Positions 28,064-39,694 of a stretch of 64,000 nt of DNA are shown here, piece by piece. Source of the stretch: Phoronis australis. Lineage: Eukaryota > Animalia > Phoronida. The position numbers and the translations under genes were made by a program. The stretch is from assembly GCA_002633005.1 (NCBI GenBank), contig NMRA01000151.1, positions 724,400-788,399 of the forward strand, given 5' to 3'. Numbering within the stretch: the first letter of the stretch is position 1; each line of letters starts with the position of its first letter. The notes below the pieces were generated by a model, which had not been told where the DNA came from, searched no databases, and saw nothing but the letters and a program-made list of their open reading frames with translations.

Positions 28064-28737
28064 NNNNNNNNNNNNNNNNNNNNNNNNNNNNNNNNNNNNN
28101 NNNNNNNNNNNNNNNNNNNNNNNNNNNNNNNNNNNNNNNNNNNNNNNNNNNNNNNNNNNNNNNNNNNNNNNNNNNNNNNNNNNNNNNNNNNNNNNNNNNN
28201 NNNNNNNNNNNNNNNNNNNNNNNNNNNNNNNNNNNNNNNNNNNNNNNNNNNNNNNNNNNNNNNNNNNNNNNNNNNNNNNNNNNNNNNNNNNNNNNNNNNN
28301 NNNNNNNNNNNNNNNNNNNNNNNNNNNNNNNNNNNNNNNNNNNNNNNNNNNNNNNNNNNNNNNNNNNNNNNNNNNNNNNNNNNNNNNNNNNNNNNNNNNN
28401 NNNNNNNNNNNNNNNNNNNNNNNNNNNNNNNNNNNNNNNNNNNNNNNNNNNNNNNNNNNNNNNNNNNNNNNNNNNNNNNNNNNNNNNNNNNNNNNNNNNN
28501 NNNNNNNNNNNNNNNNNNNNNNNNNNNNNNNNNNNNNNNNNNNNNNNNNNNNNNNNNNNNNNNNNNNNNNNNNNNNNNNNNNNNNNNNNNNNNNNNNNNN
28601 NNNNNNNNNNNNNNNNNNNNNNNNNNNNNNNNNNNNNNNNNNNNNNNNNNNNNNNNNNNNNNNNNNNNNNNNNNNNNNNNNNNNNNNNNNNNNNNNNNNN
28701 NNNNNNNNNNNNNNNNNNNNNNNNNNNNNNNNNNNNN
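28064..28737. other. Assembly gap (others at about 1230-1259, 5336-5361, 31499-31936 and 41285-41620)
   Basis: Runs of N. Confidence 0.99.
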
Positions 28738-29800
28738 TGATGACGTATTGACATCAGATACCTCTGTGTCAAGTTTCATTAATATCCATCAATCGGTTCA
28801 ATGTTAGGAAATGTTCTTTCCGAAATAGCCACTAGGAGGTGTGGTGCTGCAGTGGTCGAATCCATCCAAAAATCAAATGGTAGCGGCATATTGACATCGC
28901 ATACCTCTGTATCAAGTTTTAACAAAATCTGTCGGTCGGTTCTCTTGATATCATCCGGAAACACTCATCTCCCAGACAACATTGAAAAGCTTCATGTCAA
29001 AAACTAAATGGCCATTAAAGAGTGCGTATAGTGGTCAAGAGTGCGTATAGTGGTCAAATGCACCTGGAATCTTAATGGTGCCACCACATTGCCCAAACGT
29101 ATCTCTGTGTAAACTTTCACTGAAATCCTTCCCTCAGTTCTCTACACATCACTCGGAATAGCTCTCACACAAAATGGCTAACAGAAGGCGCTGCAGTTGC
29201 CGAATCAGGAAAAAATCAAGCGGTGCCGGTGTAATGTCCTAATATACCTCTGTGTCAAGCTTCAATGAAATCTATCAATCGGTTCCCTAGATATAATCCG
29301 GAAAGTCTCTTCCCCCAAACAACACTTCAAAAGCCCATGTCAAAAACAAAATAGTCAATAAGTGCTACAGTTTTCAAATCTGCCCAAAAATTTAACGATG
29401 CTGCCACATTGACATCACAAACCTCTGCGTCAACTTTAATTGAAATCCTTCACTCAGTTCTCTAAATATCATCCGGAAACACTCACACACAAAATGGCCA
29501 CTAGGAAGCACTTCAGTTGACAAATCTGCTTGAAAATCAAATGGTGATGGCGGAATCTATGGAAAGTTTCCACCCAAATATTTAATCCTGCTGGCACATT
29601 GATATCTAACACCTTTGTGTCAAGTTTCATTGAAATTTGTCAATCTGTTCTCAAGATATCCGTAAACGTTCTTCTCCCACAAACACAAAGAAGTAACGCC
29701 TCCTCACCCCAGGGTGCGGGGCAGGTTGAAAAGTGGCATGAACTTTACTAGAGATGCCCTACACCCTTAAGCCAAATTTCATCAAAATCCGACCAGGGTT
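28738..29800. repeat. Degenerate ~140-190 bp tandem units within an interspersed element
   Basis: Core acctctgtgtcaagtttcattgaaat...tcggttctc...atatcatccggaaac recurs near 28760, 28900, 29100, 29245, 29420, 29610 and 29770. Confidence 0.7.
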
Positions 29801-31256
29801 TTTGAGAAACTGAGAGGACACCCAGATGAAGTGACGACAATATGCGACCACAATATACATATTATGTGGGCACATAAAAAGGGCAATTTTGGCATGTACT
29901 TTTGTATGGGACTGTGAAATTTTACCGTAATTACTGAACATATGAAATGAAAAACAAAGTACTGTACTAACAAACTGGACAAAATATAAAAGTCACACAT
30001 GTTCCGTCATTGTATGTCTGCTGATCAAACCACAAGATGGCACTACTGAATACTAGGCACCTGTGTCTCCTGTTTCAGACTCATCATTCATATTGATTTA
30101 TTGCTTAAATAATAAAACCGGAAGTATGAAAGTTAAGAAACTCCATAAAGATTTCTCATATTAGTTATACTACGTTAATTCCCAGACTGCTCATTACTTG
30201 GTGAAAGTGAAATTTCACAAAATGTGTTGCTCTGACATCACTCTACAGGTCGCATTTTACGTCTGATTCAAACGAAATTCACATAGAACCTGTAGTCCCG
30301 AAAGTACTGGAGGCCTATTGTTTTTCGCCATAACCAGATTCAAATGGCGGACGTGGCAGCCATTTTGTTTTCAAATTCAGATTCAAATGCTCATAGAGAC
30401 TCCAATTTTTGATGTACACGATTCAAAATCAGTACGAATATTGAATCAGACATGTACTTCAGATTTGCAGGAAATTATTTACGTCCAGTCAAAGATGGCA
30501 GAAATATCGACCATTTCGCATGCGCACCTCGATTTCAGGACGAAAATGTTTTGTCCTGCTTCGAAATATTACACGACTTAGTTTCCTGGGACCAGCTTTT
30601 ATCAAGTGAAGTTGCTTTCAAGATGGCAAATCTGCCGCATTTTCACCCATTTTCAATCGTGCTGGGGTTCTGTTTTGAAGACTAAGAGCAAATGACGTGA
30701 ATTTTTACATATGGCTTCTCTGAGGTGCCCTTTTTCAAACGACCTCTAAAATTTTTATTGAGATTTGCCGTTTTTGAGTTATTTGACTTTCAATTTAAAA
30801 AAAAATGTAAATTTTGAAATTTTTCGAAAACTTCAGGCAATTGTGTGGAACTACAGTTCAGAAGATGTTTTCCATTTTTCACAACGACATATACTTTTCG
30901 AATTATTTGAGATTTCCTGATAACGCTGTTCCTTTGTTGACTAATTTTGCTGCACTTTTGTTGGTTTACCTTCTATTGAACAAGACTATAGCTGATTTCT
31001 TACTAATTTCTGACATTTTCATTCGTCATTATCACCATGTTCATCATTGCCACATTCATCATCATCATTGTCATCATCATCATTGTCATCATCATCTCCA
31101 TTGTCATCTGGTCAGTCAATTTCGCCCAGTGTCGCTCTTCCGAGCACTTTTCTTTATGAGATTACTCCTACAAAACAATCACTGTGTTTGCAGTGATACA
31201 GTTCTTGCATCAACCACGATCATTTTAAACAACCCACTTTCTATCACTCCATATAC

Positions 31257-31432
31257 CTGACTGAACTGGTTGCCGGCAGGTGGCGCTGCTTCTGCTTTTG
31301 GTATTCACGCCAACACTTGGAGCAGTAGCCTTGCCATGCCACATTGCCATAGAAACCGCAGCCATTCTTGCACATTAACTCGGCCTCATTGATATGCGTG
31401 CCCCGGGCCACAGGGTAGCCGTGTGCACTCAT
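31257..31432 (-). CDS. RABGEF1: Rabex-5 first coding exon, A20-type zinc finger (copy A)
   Basis: [26 protein letters not shown]; donor gtatat (phase 2); the acceptor next to 31462 implies an upstream non-coding exon. Confidence 0.92.
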
Positions 31433-33272
31433 CTCAAAATCTCAACTTCACAGAACGTGAATCTGAAAGAACAAAATTTTACAAATAAATTCAGATGANN
31501 NNNNNNNNNNNNNNNNNNNNNNNNNNNNNNNNNNNNNNNNNNNNNNNNNNNNNNNNNNNNNNNNNNNNNNNNNNNNNNNNNNNNNNNNNNNNNNNNNNNN
31601 NNNNNNNNNNNNNNNNNNNNNNNNNNNNNNNNNNNNNNNNNNNNNNNNNNNNNNNNNNNNNNNNNNNNNNNNNNNNNNNNNNNNNNNNNNNNNNNNNNNN
31701 NNNNNNNNNNNNNNNNNNNNNNNNNNNNNNNNNNNNNNNNNNNNNNNNNNNNNNNNNNNNNNNNNNNNNNNNNNNNNNNNNNNNNNNNNNNNNNNNNNNN
31801 NNNNNNNNNNNNNNNNNNNNNNNNNNNNNNNNNNNNNNNNNNNNNNNNNNNNNNNNNNNNNNNNNNNNNNNNNNNNNNNNNNNNNNNNNNNNNNNNNNNN
31901 NNNNNNNNNNNNNNNNNNNNNNNNNNNNNNNNNNNNGAGGGAGGGAGGGAGGGAGGGAGGGAGTCTCAAAGTGACTTGACTAGTTGAATGCAATCACATG
32001 ATACACACAAGCTCATACTAGTAGAAGCATTACTGGTAGAATGCAATCACATGACAACAGGCACACAACATTAATTTAATTGCTCAAGGCAAACTAGATG
32101 AGTCATCCCAATTCCAAGTCCAATGTCCATTTACAAACTCATACCAGCATCATACTATAATACAGCCACAAAACATCAAAATAAGCATTTGCTATGATGC
32201 CAGCAGGCCGAAAACGTTCAAACTGACTTAGATTTAGGAAGCTGGTATTATGTAGATCACAACTTATTTACTTTCAGGTAATAAGGTCACTGGATCATAT
32301 TAGATCATATATCAATAAGTACACACATTTAACATTTTTGCAATAGATTCGTATCGTAAAACTTTACACAGGTTTTATAACTCTTTCATACTGTTCGTTA
32401 TCATTATATTTAAAAAAGTACCGTCAACTATATTTCTTGTAGGAAGTAAGTAGGTTTGGCGAAGATCGTTATATGAAGGACACACTGAAAAAAATGAATT
32501 TCATTTTCAAAAACACAACATGTGCACACCCTTCATGAATTTACAGTAAACTCCTCTTCCATCAACTATTGAAATTAAACTGTAGTGAGCTCATATGAAC
32601 CTAGCCAAACTCGATAACTCAACAAAAACGTTCAATTACTACTTCTTTAACAATCGATATAAACACCCAAACTGACCATCTCTGACAACTCCTCAGTCGA
32701 ATGATGGTACTTCAGATCTTTACACCTATTTCAAAATTTGCTTACAAAAACCAACTGATCACCTATTCCTTAGCAATTATTTTTGTGGTCATAACCCAGA
32801 GAGATAACAGTAATCCACACAATCCAGTTGAGCGCAACAAGTATTTTTATCTTTCAACCGGCTCCAGCAATCTCTCCGTCTACCATTCTCAGAAAATTGC
32901 AGTGTACCATCCCTCGAAAACTATCCTAATCTTACCATAACTACAAAACATATCTTGGAAATGGCTGATCGGATGCACATGAAACTTTCACATAATATTC
33001 TTTAAGCACTGTTCTCGAAAAAACTATTAGGAATTGTTTTAACATATTCCATTCTTTCATAAGGAGCAATTAAAAAATGATACTCATGAAAAAATCTTAA
33101 GTTGCTCAAAACAAACACGAAATGATAATTTTAGAAAACACAGAAGATATCATCAAAAAATTAGTGTGTTGTGCTTTGCAAACATTCCACTAAATCATCA
33201 TGCAAAACATAAGATTGTAACTTAATGCAACTCACAGAAAATTAACATTAAAATTTTTTTTTTAAAAATTCA

Positions 33273-33750
33273 AATTGCCTATAAGCTGAATGGTTAGCAC
33301 GCTCACTGGTTTTATGGGGGTTGATGGTTCGATTCCCCAGTCGGGTAATCTCGGCTAGTACTACAAAAGGCGTAGTCGGCAAACGGATGATCTACCGATG
33401 AAGCACTGCCAACTAGTACCCACGAACTTTGGGACAGCGAGCATGGAAAGTTCCTGGAGTCTAGGATCAGTATGAGAGACAACCTTGTGTTCACCTGTGT
33501 TGTGGTGGTTAAGTTACCAAGGGACGTTGATGACCTGTATGCGAGACATCCTGGTGTTCACCTTCCTGGTGTCGTGCCTGTTTTGTAGGAAGGGGGAATG
33601 TTATAGATGTGCATCCGGTGACTTGTATGAGCCTCTGTTAGCTACTCGCTAAGGGGCAATTGCCTATTAGCTGAATGGTTAGGACACTTGCCGGTTTTAT
33701 GGAGGTCGCTGGTTCGATTCCCAGGTCGCGTAATCTCAGCAATTACTACA
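33273..33750 (+). mobile_element. TRIM with tRNA-like LTRs: truncated 5' LTR 33273-33365, PBS ~33368-33381, PPT ~33587-33598, 3' LTR 33599-33750
   Basis: Direct terminal repeats ending actaca; PBS ggcgtagtcggca; PPT aggaagggggaa directly before the TG; LTR contains tagctgaatgg and ggttcgattcc. Confidence 0.85.
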
Positions 33751-36700
33751 TATTGGTAAAAAAATGATAATTACAGGGTACATGTTCGTGTTGGAAGGAT
33801 TTAAATATTCCAATTACTTCCATAGGTGTCCATCTAAATTCATCTTCTTCTTGGTTAAAGTGACACACTCTCTCCCAGAGTATTAACTATTATGTCACTG
33901 TGTGACATTGAAGATTAACAAAGACGAGAGCAATTATAACAAGATTAAAAAGTAAATGCATAGTTGACATCACTTCACCATGGGCAGCACAACAGGGGGG
34001 CTGAGAGTGCAAAATAAATGTCATTACTTTAATAATATGATGTGCCGCAAGAATATCCCCATTTAAAATGTTTGAGTTTTCGCCTGTTTCATGCTTTTCT
34101 ATGTGCGTCTAAAATGGAGCAGCAGTGACACCTGTTGTCAAAATATAAACCACACATCATGTGTGCATTTTTCTTTTGTTGGTAACTACAGCTTTGATGA
34201 CTCATTGTACAGAATATAAAGCTAGTGAAGTTGATATAATAAACTTTATAACAGAATTTGACTTGAGATGACCAAAACAGTGCACTCATCGTTCAACCAA
34301 TATCTGTAATATCTGTAATACCCGTGTGGTAAGCTATTTGGCTATTTTCGTAAATTTAAACATAAAAGTCTTGATCAACAGTTTTTTAGTACTTAAAAAG
34401 CCCAATACAAGGGAGCTGTTTTTGTAAACTTAGGTGTAAAAGCCTTGTTCAATGCATTTTTTAATTGTAAAAAAACTTCACTGTGTGTGTTGGGGGGGGG
34501 GGNGAATAACAGTTACAGAACACTCAAAATTCCACGTTATAGACATACTCTTGTAGTTGTAGCGACAGCAGACGATAATGTAGGCCTAGTTCTTGGGGTG
34601 GTCTATTCCAATAGGAAGCGATGAATCAGCGCGACTTTGCGTGATTTTGAATTTCACATCATAAAGAGTTCCATAGCAACTCGAGTATGAGTGTCAGATT
34701 TGAGTACGTTTGGAGTCTACTCGAAATCCGACATTAGATACGCTTTTTTGAGTACGACTCCAGTGAGCACGATTTTGAGTATGAAATCTCGAGTATGAGT
34801 ATGAGTCTGAGTACGGAGATTGGAGACCGGGCCCAGGAATCTTAATGGTGCCACCACATTGCCCAAACGAATCTCTGTGTCAACTTTCACTGAAATCCTT
34901 CATTCAGTTCTCTACACATCACTCGGAATAGCCCTCACACAAAATGGCTAACAGAAGGCGCTGCAGTTGCCGAATCAGGAAAAATAATCAAGTGGTGCCG
35001 GTGTAATGTCCTAATATACCTCTGTGTCAAGCTTCAATGAAATCTATCTATCGGCTCTCCAGATATAATCCGGAAACTTTCTTCCTCCAAAAAACACTTC
35101 AAAAGCCCATGTCAAAAACAAAATAGTCAATAAGTGCTACAGTTTTCAAATCTGCCCAAAAATTTAATGATACTGCCACATTGACATCACAAACCTCTGC
35201 GTCAACTTTCATTGAAATCCTTCACTCAGTTCTCTAAATATCATCCGGAAACACTCACACACAAAATGGCTACTAGGAAGCACTTCAGTTGACAAATCTG
35301 CCTGAAAATCAAATGGTGACGGCAGAATCTATGGCAAGTTTCCACCCAAAAATTTAATCCTGCTGGCACATTGATATCTAACACCTTTGTGTCAAGTCTC
35401 ATTGAAATCTGTCAATCTGTTCTCCAGATATCCGTAAAAACGTTCTTCTCCCACAAACACAAAGAAGTCAAGCCTCCTCACCCCAGGGTGTGGGGCAAGT
35501 TGAAAAGTGGCATGAACTTTACTAGAGATGCCCTTCACCCTTAAGCCAAATTTCATCAAAATCCGACCAGGGTTTTTGAGAAATTGAGAGGACACCCAGA
35601 CAAAGTGACGACAGTATACGACCACAATATACATATTATGTGGGCACATAAAAAGGGCAATTTTGGCATGTACTTTTGTCTGAGACGGTGAAATTTTACC
35701 GTAATTACTGAACATGTGAAATGAAAAACAAAGAACTGTACTAACAAACTGGACAAAATATAAAAGTCACACATGTTCTGTCATTGTATGTCTGCTGATC
35801 AAACCACAAGATGGCACTACTGAATACGACGCACCTGTGTCTCCTGTTTCAGACTCATCATTTATATTGATTTATTGCTTAAATAATAAAACCGGAAGCA
35901 TGAAAGTAAAGAAACTTCATAAAGATTTCTCATATTAGTTATCTACGTTTATTCCCAGACTGCTCATTACTTGGTGAAAATTGAAATTTCACCAAATATG
36001 TTGCTCTGACATCACTCTACAGGTCGCATTTTACGTCTGATTCAAACGAAATTCACATAGAACCTGTAGTCCCGGAAGTACTGGAAGCCTATTGTTTTTC
36101 GCCATAACCAGTTTCAAAATGGCGGACGTGGCAGCAAATTCAGATTCAAATGCTCATAGAGACTCCAATTTTTGACGTATGCAATTCAAAATCAGTACGA
36201 ATATTGTATCAGACATGTACTTCAGATTTGCAGGAAATTATTTACGTCCGGTCAAAGATTGCAGAAATATCGACCATTTCGCATGTGCACCTCGATTTCA
36301 GGACGAAAATGTTTTGTCCTGCTTCGAAATATTACACAACTTAGTTTCCTGGGACCAGCTATTATCAAGTGAAGTTGCTTTCAAGATGGCAGATCTGCCG
36401 CATTTTCACCCATTTTCAATGGTGTTGGGGTTCTGTTTTGAACACTAAGAGCAAATGACGTGAATTTTTACATATGGGTTCTCTGAGGTGCCCTTTTTCA
36501 AACGACCTCTAAAATTTTTATTAAGATTTGCCGTTTTTGAGATGTTTGACTTTCAATTTCAAAAAATGCAAATTTTGAAATTTTTCGAAAACTTCAGGCA
36601 ATTGTGTGGAACTACAGTTCAGACGATGTTTTCCATTTTTCACAACGACATATACTTTTCGAATTATTTGAGATTTCCTGATAACGCTGTTCCTTTGTTG

Positions 36701-37026
36701 ACTAATTTTGCCGCACTTTTGTTGGTTTACCTTCTGTTGAACAAGACTATAGCTGATTTCTTACTAATTTCTGACATTTTCATTCGTCATATGAATATTA
36801 TCATCATGTTCATCATTGCCACATTCATCATCATCATTGTCATCATCATCATTGTCATCATCATTTCCATTGTCGTCTGGTCAGTCAATTTTCCCCAGTG
36901 TCGCTCTTCCGAGCACTTTCCTTTATGAGATTGCTCCTACAAAACAATCACTGTGTTTGCAGTGATACAGTTCTTGCATCAACCACGATCATTTTAAACA
37001 ACCCACTTTCTATCACTCCATAATAC

Positions 37027-37202
37027 CTGACTGAACTGGTTGCCGGCAGGTGGCGCTGCTTCTGCTTTTGGTATTCACGCCAACACTTGGAGCAGTAGCC
37101 TTGCCATGCCACATTGCCATAGAAACCGCAGCCATTCTTGCACATTAACTCGGCCTCATTGATATGCGTGCCCCGGGCCACAGGGTAGCCGTGTGCACTC
37201 AT
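37027..37202 (-). CDS. RABGEF1: Rabex-5 first coding exon, A20-type zinc finger (copy B, probably the other allele)
   Basis: Coding sequence appears identical to 31257-31432; lies in a duplicated segment at offset 5770. Confidence 0.8.
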
Positions 37203-39215
37203 CTCAAAATCTCAACTTCACAGAACGTGAATCTGAAAGAACAAAATTTTACAAATAAATTCAGATGATGTAAACTAATCTAGCACAAGGACTTTTGGTA
37301 ACATTTTCCCTCAAGAGTTGTGCTTGAGGGCCTCCTTAGGACTTCCTAGTGAAATATCAAATGACATAACAAAATTGATATTTCAAGATTAGTCATTTAT
37401 TCGTATCTTCAGGTAAAAATAAAATGAAATAGAGGCTAACAGTGACGCACACGCTAGCCAATAATCAGACGGAAAATTACATTGGGTCAAAATTTGTAAC
37501 TGGAAAATCATTACATTGTTAATATGCTGATTCATACATTGAGCTTCAGGCTTTAAACAGTTACTTTTGTTGAGTTTTGTCAACTACAATGTGTTTATAT
37601 TTTACTGTATTCTGTCTGTGCATATTTTTCTTTTAATTGTTGTATACTTCTTGCTGGTCCACTAGCATGTATGATAATTCAAGAAGTATATCCCACATCA
37701 GTGAAAATTTGCTGGCATTATGATAGCAGAAAAGTTGTTAAAACGCTATTATTTTGTAGTTGAAACCTCCCTCTGTATTACATGGGATCTGTAGGTGTGA
37801 TGGCACTGAACTCCTGTCCACGAAAGACGTGATCTGGAGAGACAGTGAATTTGGTAAAAGTGACATAGATGGGTCCCTCTTCAAAATGGCTACCGGGAAA
37901 CAGTTTCAATGAATAACTGACATTGACGTTATTCCGTGAAAACTGGTTCTCGGCAGCAGTTTTGAAGAGGGACCCGTTTACATCACTTTAACGTGAATTT
38001 CAATCTGATGTGGCTATTTCGAAAGTCATGCAGCTATTGGAAATAAAGTTTTACTTTAGGTACTTACTTAAATACAATCAAATCACAGAGAGGGAGGGCA
38101 GGAGAGAGACACGGGAGGGAGGGAGGGAGGTAGGGGAGGGANCAGCAGGCCGAAAACGTTCAAACTGACTTAGATTTAGGAAGCTGGTATTATGTAGATC
38201 ACAACTTATTTACTTTCAGGTAATAAGGTCACTGGATCATATTGGATCATATATCAATAAGTACACACATTTAACATTTTTGCAATAGATTCGTATCGTA
38301 AAACTTTACACAGGTTTTATAACTCTTTCATACTGTTCGTTATCATTATATTTAAAAAAGTACCGTCAACTATATTTCTTGTAGGAAGTAAGTAGGTTTG
38401 GCGAAGATCGTTATATGAAGGACACACTGAAAAAAATGAATTTCATTTTCAAAAACACAACATGTGCACACCCTTCATGAATTTACAGTAAACTCCTATT
38501 CCATCAACTATTGAAATTAAACTGGAGTGAGCTCATATGAACCTAGCCGAACTCGATAACTCAACAAAAACATTCAATTACTACTTCTTTAACAATCGAT
38601 ATAAACACCCAAACTGGCCATCTCTGACAACTCCTCAGTCGAATGATGGTACTTCAGATCTTTACACCTATTTCAAAATATGCTTACAAAAACCACCTCA
38701 TCACCTATTCCTTAGCAATTATTTTTGTGGTCATAACCCAGAGAGATTACCGTAATCCACACAATCCAGTTGAGCGCAGCAAGTATTTTTTTCTTTCAAC
38801 CGGCTCCAGCAATCTCTCCGTCTACCATTCTCAGAAAATTGCAGTGTACCATCCCTCATAAACTATCCTAATCTTACCATAACTACATAATATATCTTGG
38901 AAATGGCTGATCGGATTCACATGAAACTTTCACATATTATTCTTTAAGCACTGTTCTCGAAAAAAACTATTAGGAATTGTTTTAACATATTCCATTCTTT
39001 CATCAGGAGCAATTAAAAAATGATACTCATGAAAAAATCTTAAGTTGCTCAAAACAAACACGAAATGATAATTTTAGAAAACACAGAAGATATCATCAAA
39101 AAATTAGTGTGTTGTGCTTTGCAAACATTCCACTAAATCATCATGCAAAACATAAAATTGTAACTTAATGCAACTCACAGAAAATTAACATTAAAACTTT
39201 TTTAAAAAAAATTCA

Positions 39216-39694
39216 AATTGCCTATAAGCTGAATGGTTAGCACGCTCACTGGTTTTATGGGGGTTGATGGTTCGATTCCCCAGTCGGGTAATCTCGGCTA
39301 GTACTACAAATAGCGTAGTCGGCAAACGGATGATCTACCGATGAAGCACTGCCAACTAGTACCCACGGACTTTGGGACAGCGAGCATGGAAAGTTCCAGG
39401 AGTCTAGGATCAGTATGAGAGACAACCTTGTGTTCACCTGTGTTGTGGTGGTTAAGTTACCAAGGGACGTTGATGACCTGTATGCGAGACATCCTGGTGT
39501 TCACCATCCTGGTGTCGTGCCTGTTTTGTAGGAAAGGGGGAATGTTATAGATGTGCATCCGGTGACTTGTATGAGCCTCTGTTAGCTACTCGCTAAGGTG
39601 CAATTGCCTATTAGCTGAATGGTTAGGACACTTGCCGGTTTTATGGAGGTCGCTGGTTCGATTCCCGGGTCGCGTAATCTCAGCAATTACTACA
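39216..39694 (+). mobile_element. Same TRIM in duplicate segment B (3' LTR 39543-39694)
   Basis: Near-identical to 33273-33750. Confidence 0.85.

Larger units (their letters stand above)
29066..34011. repeat. ~5 kb duplicated segment, copy A (probable haplotype 1)
   Basis: Collinear with 34836-39954, with scattered SNPs and indels; N-gaps inside and an N at 34503 between the copies. Confidence 0.9.

Noticed and set aside
27984-28779. Long ORFs of X residues (also 31448-31993 and 5044-5679)
   Set aside because: Artefacts of N runs.
30814-31260. His-rich ORF
   Set aside because: A (CAT)n tract in an intron; the frame differs in the duplicate copy.
33662-33735. tRNA gene (A and B boxes present; also near 33280, 39225, 39605 and 46235)
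   Set aside because: No convincing acceptor or anticodon stems; these are the tRNA-like cores of TRIM LTRs.
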